Of a stretch of 64,000 nt of DNA, positions 61,643 to 64,000 are shown in pieces. This stretch comes from Octopus sinensis. Lineage: Eukaryota. The stretch covers positions 204,600,001 through 204,664,000 of the forward strand of contig NC_042997.1 in assembly GCF_006345805.1 (NCBI RefSeq), written 5' to 3'. Positions within the stretch are counted from its first letter, which is position 1; every line of letters begins with the position of its first letter. The translations under genes and the position numbers were made by a program. The notes beneath the pieces are model-generated. The model was not told the origin of the DNA and ran no database searches. It saw nothing but the letters and a program-made list of their open reading frames with translations.

Positions 61643-63506
61643 ACTAGAGCCAGGGCAAATAATATACTGGATCTCTGCTTCACAAACAATATGGACATTA
61701 TCCATAATGTTAAAGTGATGCCGACATTGGTCTCGCATCACAACATAATAAAGCTGTCTATGTATGGACCAAAAGCATCCGCAGACACACAGCCTATATG
61801 AAGCATCCACAATCTCTCCAAACTAAACTTTCATAAAGCAAATTGGAAGTTGATTGAGAAAGAGATCCTCAAACAGGATTGGCCTAAATGTCTTTCCACA
61901 CTAGACATTGACATGACACACAAACGTTTCATGTCCATAATACAAGCCATATGTGACAAATATGTCTCAGTGTGCAGGGCCAGCACACACAAAAACAGGA
62001 TCCCTAGAGAAAGGAAGATTCTTATGAGACGACGAACAAGGATTGCGAACTGCCTGATCAAGCACACCAAAAGTGGTGAGACGTCTCACCTCGAGAGAAT
62101 GCTAATGGAAATTGAGAAAAGTCTGCACCAGTCTTATGAAAAGGAGAGAGCAGATAAAGAAGCTTGGGTAATAAAGAATATCAAGTCAAACCCTAAAGCT
62201 TTCTTTAAGTTTGCCAAAGAGATAGCCACAGTGCGCCAGAGGATAGGACTTCTCTTCCAAAAAGATGGCTCCCTCACAGGAAATCCCACGAGGATAAGTA
62301 AAATACTGAACGAACAGTTCCAAAGTGTATTCACTACACCTCTAGGACACAAGCAAGTAAACAACCCAGAAGAATTCTTTGCCACTTTACCTGTAGTCAA
62401 AGTGGCAAAAATTGAGTACATCAACATTGAAGATGATGATATCACACTGGCCATAAATGACACAAACGATTGACACAAACTCAGCTGCGTGACCTGATGG
62501 ATTTCCAGTGATCCTTCTCAAATCATGCAAACGAGCCCTTGCAAAACTGCTACAGCTTCTTTTTCAGCGCTTTCTTGCAAGTGGTAAGCTCCCAGTCAAA
62601 TTGAAAGAAGGGATAATATGCCCTATCCATAAGGGAAGAAGCAGAGCAGATGCTAAAAAATTATAGGTCTATCTCTCTGACCTCACACATCAGCAAAGTC
62701 ATGGAACGAATAGTCTGCAAGAAGCTAATCATGTTCCTTGAAGAAAATGACTTGCTGACTGACACCCAGCATGGATTTCGACCAGGTAGAAGCTGTCTAA
62801 CACAGCTCCTGCAACACTATGGCTGGGTGTTAAAACAGCTACTAAATGGCTCAAGTGTGATTGTGATATATCTCGACTTTGCAAAAGCCTTTGATAAAGT
62901 CGACCATGGTATGATCTGTCACAAACTGCATGATCTCGGCATAGGCAGAAAACTTGGAGAGTGGCTGCACAACTTCCTAAAAGATAGAAGGTAGGCAGTT
63001 GTGGCCAATGGAGCCACCTCCAAGGAAACACAAATAACAAGCGGTGTTTCACAGGGCACTGTCTTGGGGCCACTGCTGTTCATAGTGGCCCTTTCAGATA
63101 TGCCCTCAGTTGCAAAGATGGCCACCCTTGCTATCTATGCAGATGACACAAAGTTACCCCAACGGCAGAGTGGGGCGCCACTGCATGGTGCCAAAGATCC
63201 CAACATCACCATCAAAATACAGGTTCAGATACTGCAACAGCTTGGGTTTCAGGGGACCACAGCTCTTCAATATACTTCATAAATGCCTGAGAGACCTGCA
63301 TGGTGTGGATGTGGATTTCTTTAAAACTAAACTGGTTCTCTTCTTGTCAGGGGTTCCAGATGAACCTACCTCTCAGCAGGAAACACAGAATGGGCAGTGG
63401 CATTGAACTCCCTTGTTGATCAAGTGCCACGTATCAGAGGTGGTTTCACATACTAGTGTAGCTCATTCAACGGTGGTGCCCCAGCATGGCCGCAGCCTTC
63501 AGGCTG
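61643..63506 (+). mobile_element. 5'-truncated, internally deleted APE-type LINE (CR1/jockey-group-like)
   Basis: In order: NNILDLCFTN...SHHNII (endonuclease end), NFHKANW, PDGFPVILLK, NYRSISLTSHISKVMERI, QHGFRPGRSC, YLDFAKAFDKVDH, SGVSQGTVLGPLLF, IYADDTK; then a deletion to RGPQLFN..VPDEP and the 3' stem-loop. Stops, frameshifts and a short duplication near 62458-62483. Confidence 0.9.
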
Positions 63507-63529
63507 TTATATTTTTAAGGATTTAAGGA

Positions 63530-63833
63530 TATGTGTATATATATATAAGTATATATATATAAGTATGTATATATATGTATATATATATGTAAGTATGTAT
63601 ATATATATATATATATATATGTCTGTATACATATAAGTATATATATATATATATGTGTGTATATATATAAGTATATATATGTGTATATATATATATAAGT
63701 ATATCTATATATGTGCATATATATATAAATATATGTGTATATATAAATACATATATGTATATATAAATATATATATATATATATATGAGTATATATATGT
63801 GTATGTATATATATATGTGTGTGTATGTGTATG

Positions 63834-63865
<32 letters not shown>

Positions 63866-64000
63866 ATATATATGAGTATATATATGCATGTGTGCATATA
63901 TATATGAGTATATATATGCATGTGTGCATATATATATGAGTATATATATGCATGTGTGCATATATATATATCAGTATATATATATACATGTGTGCATATA
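63530..64000. repeat. (TA)n-based compound microsatellite
   Basis: Read directly. Confidence 0.95.

Noticed and set aside
61204-61643. tRNA region as selenocysteine tRNA or as part of the 145-aa ORF
   Set aside because: The anticodon is TTT and the extra bases sit at the 37/38 intron position, not in a long variable arm. The ORF is microsatellite-derived.

Overview
This is a repeat-saturated, AT-rich, non-coding animal genomic window (intron or intergenic). The repeat families resemble those of octopus/coleoid cephalopod genomes, which is my inference from recognising them. I found no convincing host protein-coding exon, and most ORF-track hits are microsatellite or transposon translations. 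Contents: about 20 5'-truncated copies of an RTE LINE whose 3' UTR carries a variable-number ~62-bp tandem repeat; several tRNA-headed SINE families; R4/Dong-type, Tx1/L1, CR1 and Penelope-like (PLE) relics; mariner, maT, hAT, piggyBac-like and Helitron-like DNA elements; and long microsatellite fields. Most notable: (1) an intron-containing tRNA-Lys(UUU) sequence joined directly to a 5'-truncated LINE (61551-63506), whose 3' stem-loop is shared with the window's main SINE family; (2) a 2.9-kb Gypsy LTR element (42697-45630) with apparently identical LTRs, a 5-bp TSD, a tRNA-Leu PBS and a PPT, but no RT/RNase H and no integrase HHCC finger; (3) minimal hammerhead-ribozyme-like motifs in PLE termini, including a recurrent CUGUNGA core variant; (4) an inverted, divergently oriented duplicate of a GCGCATGCG-containing module ending in a GTAAG splice donor (39345-40057); (5) RTE-like 3' ends encoding tandem C2H2 zinc fingers. 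All alignments were made by eye. Boundaries not defined by TSDs or TIRs are approximate.
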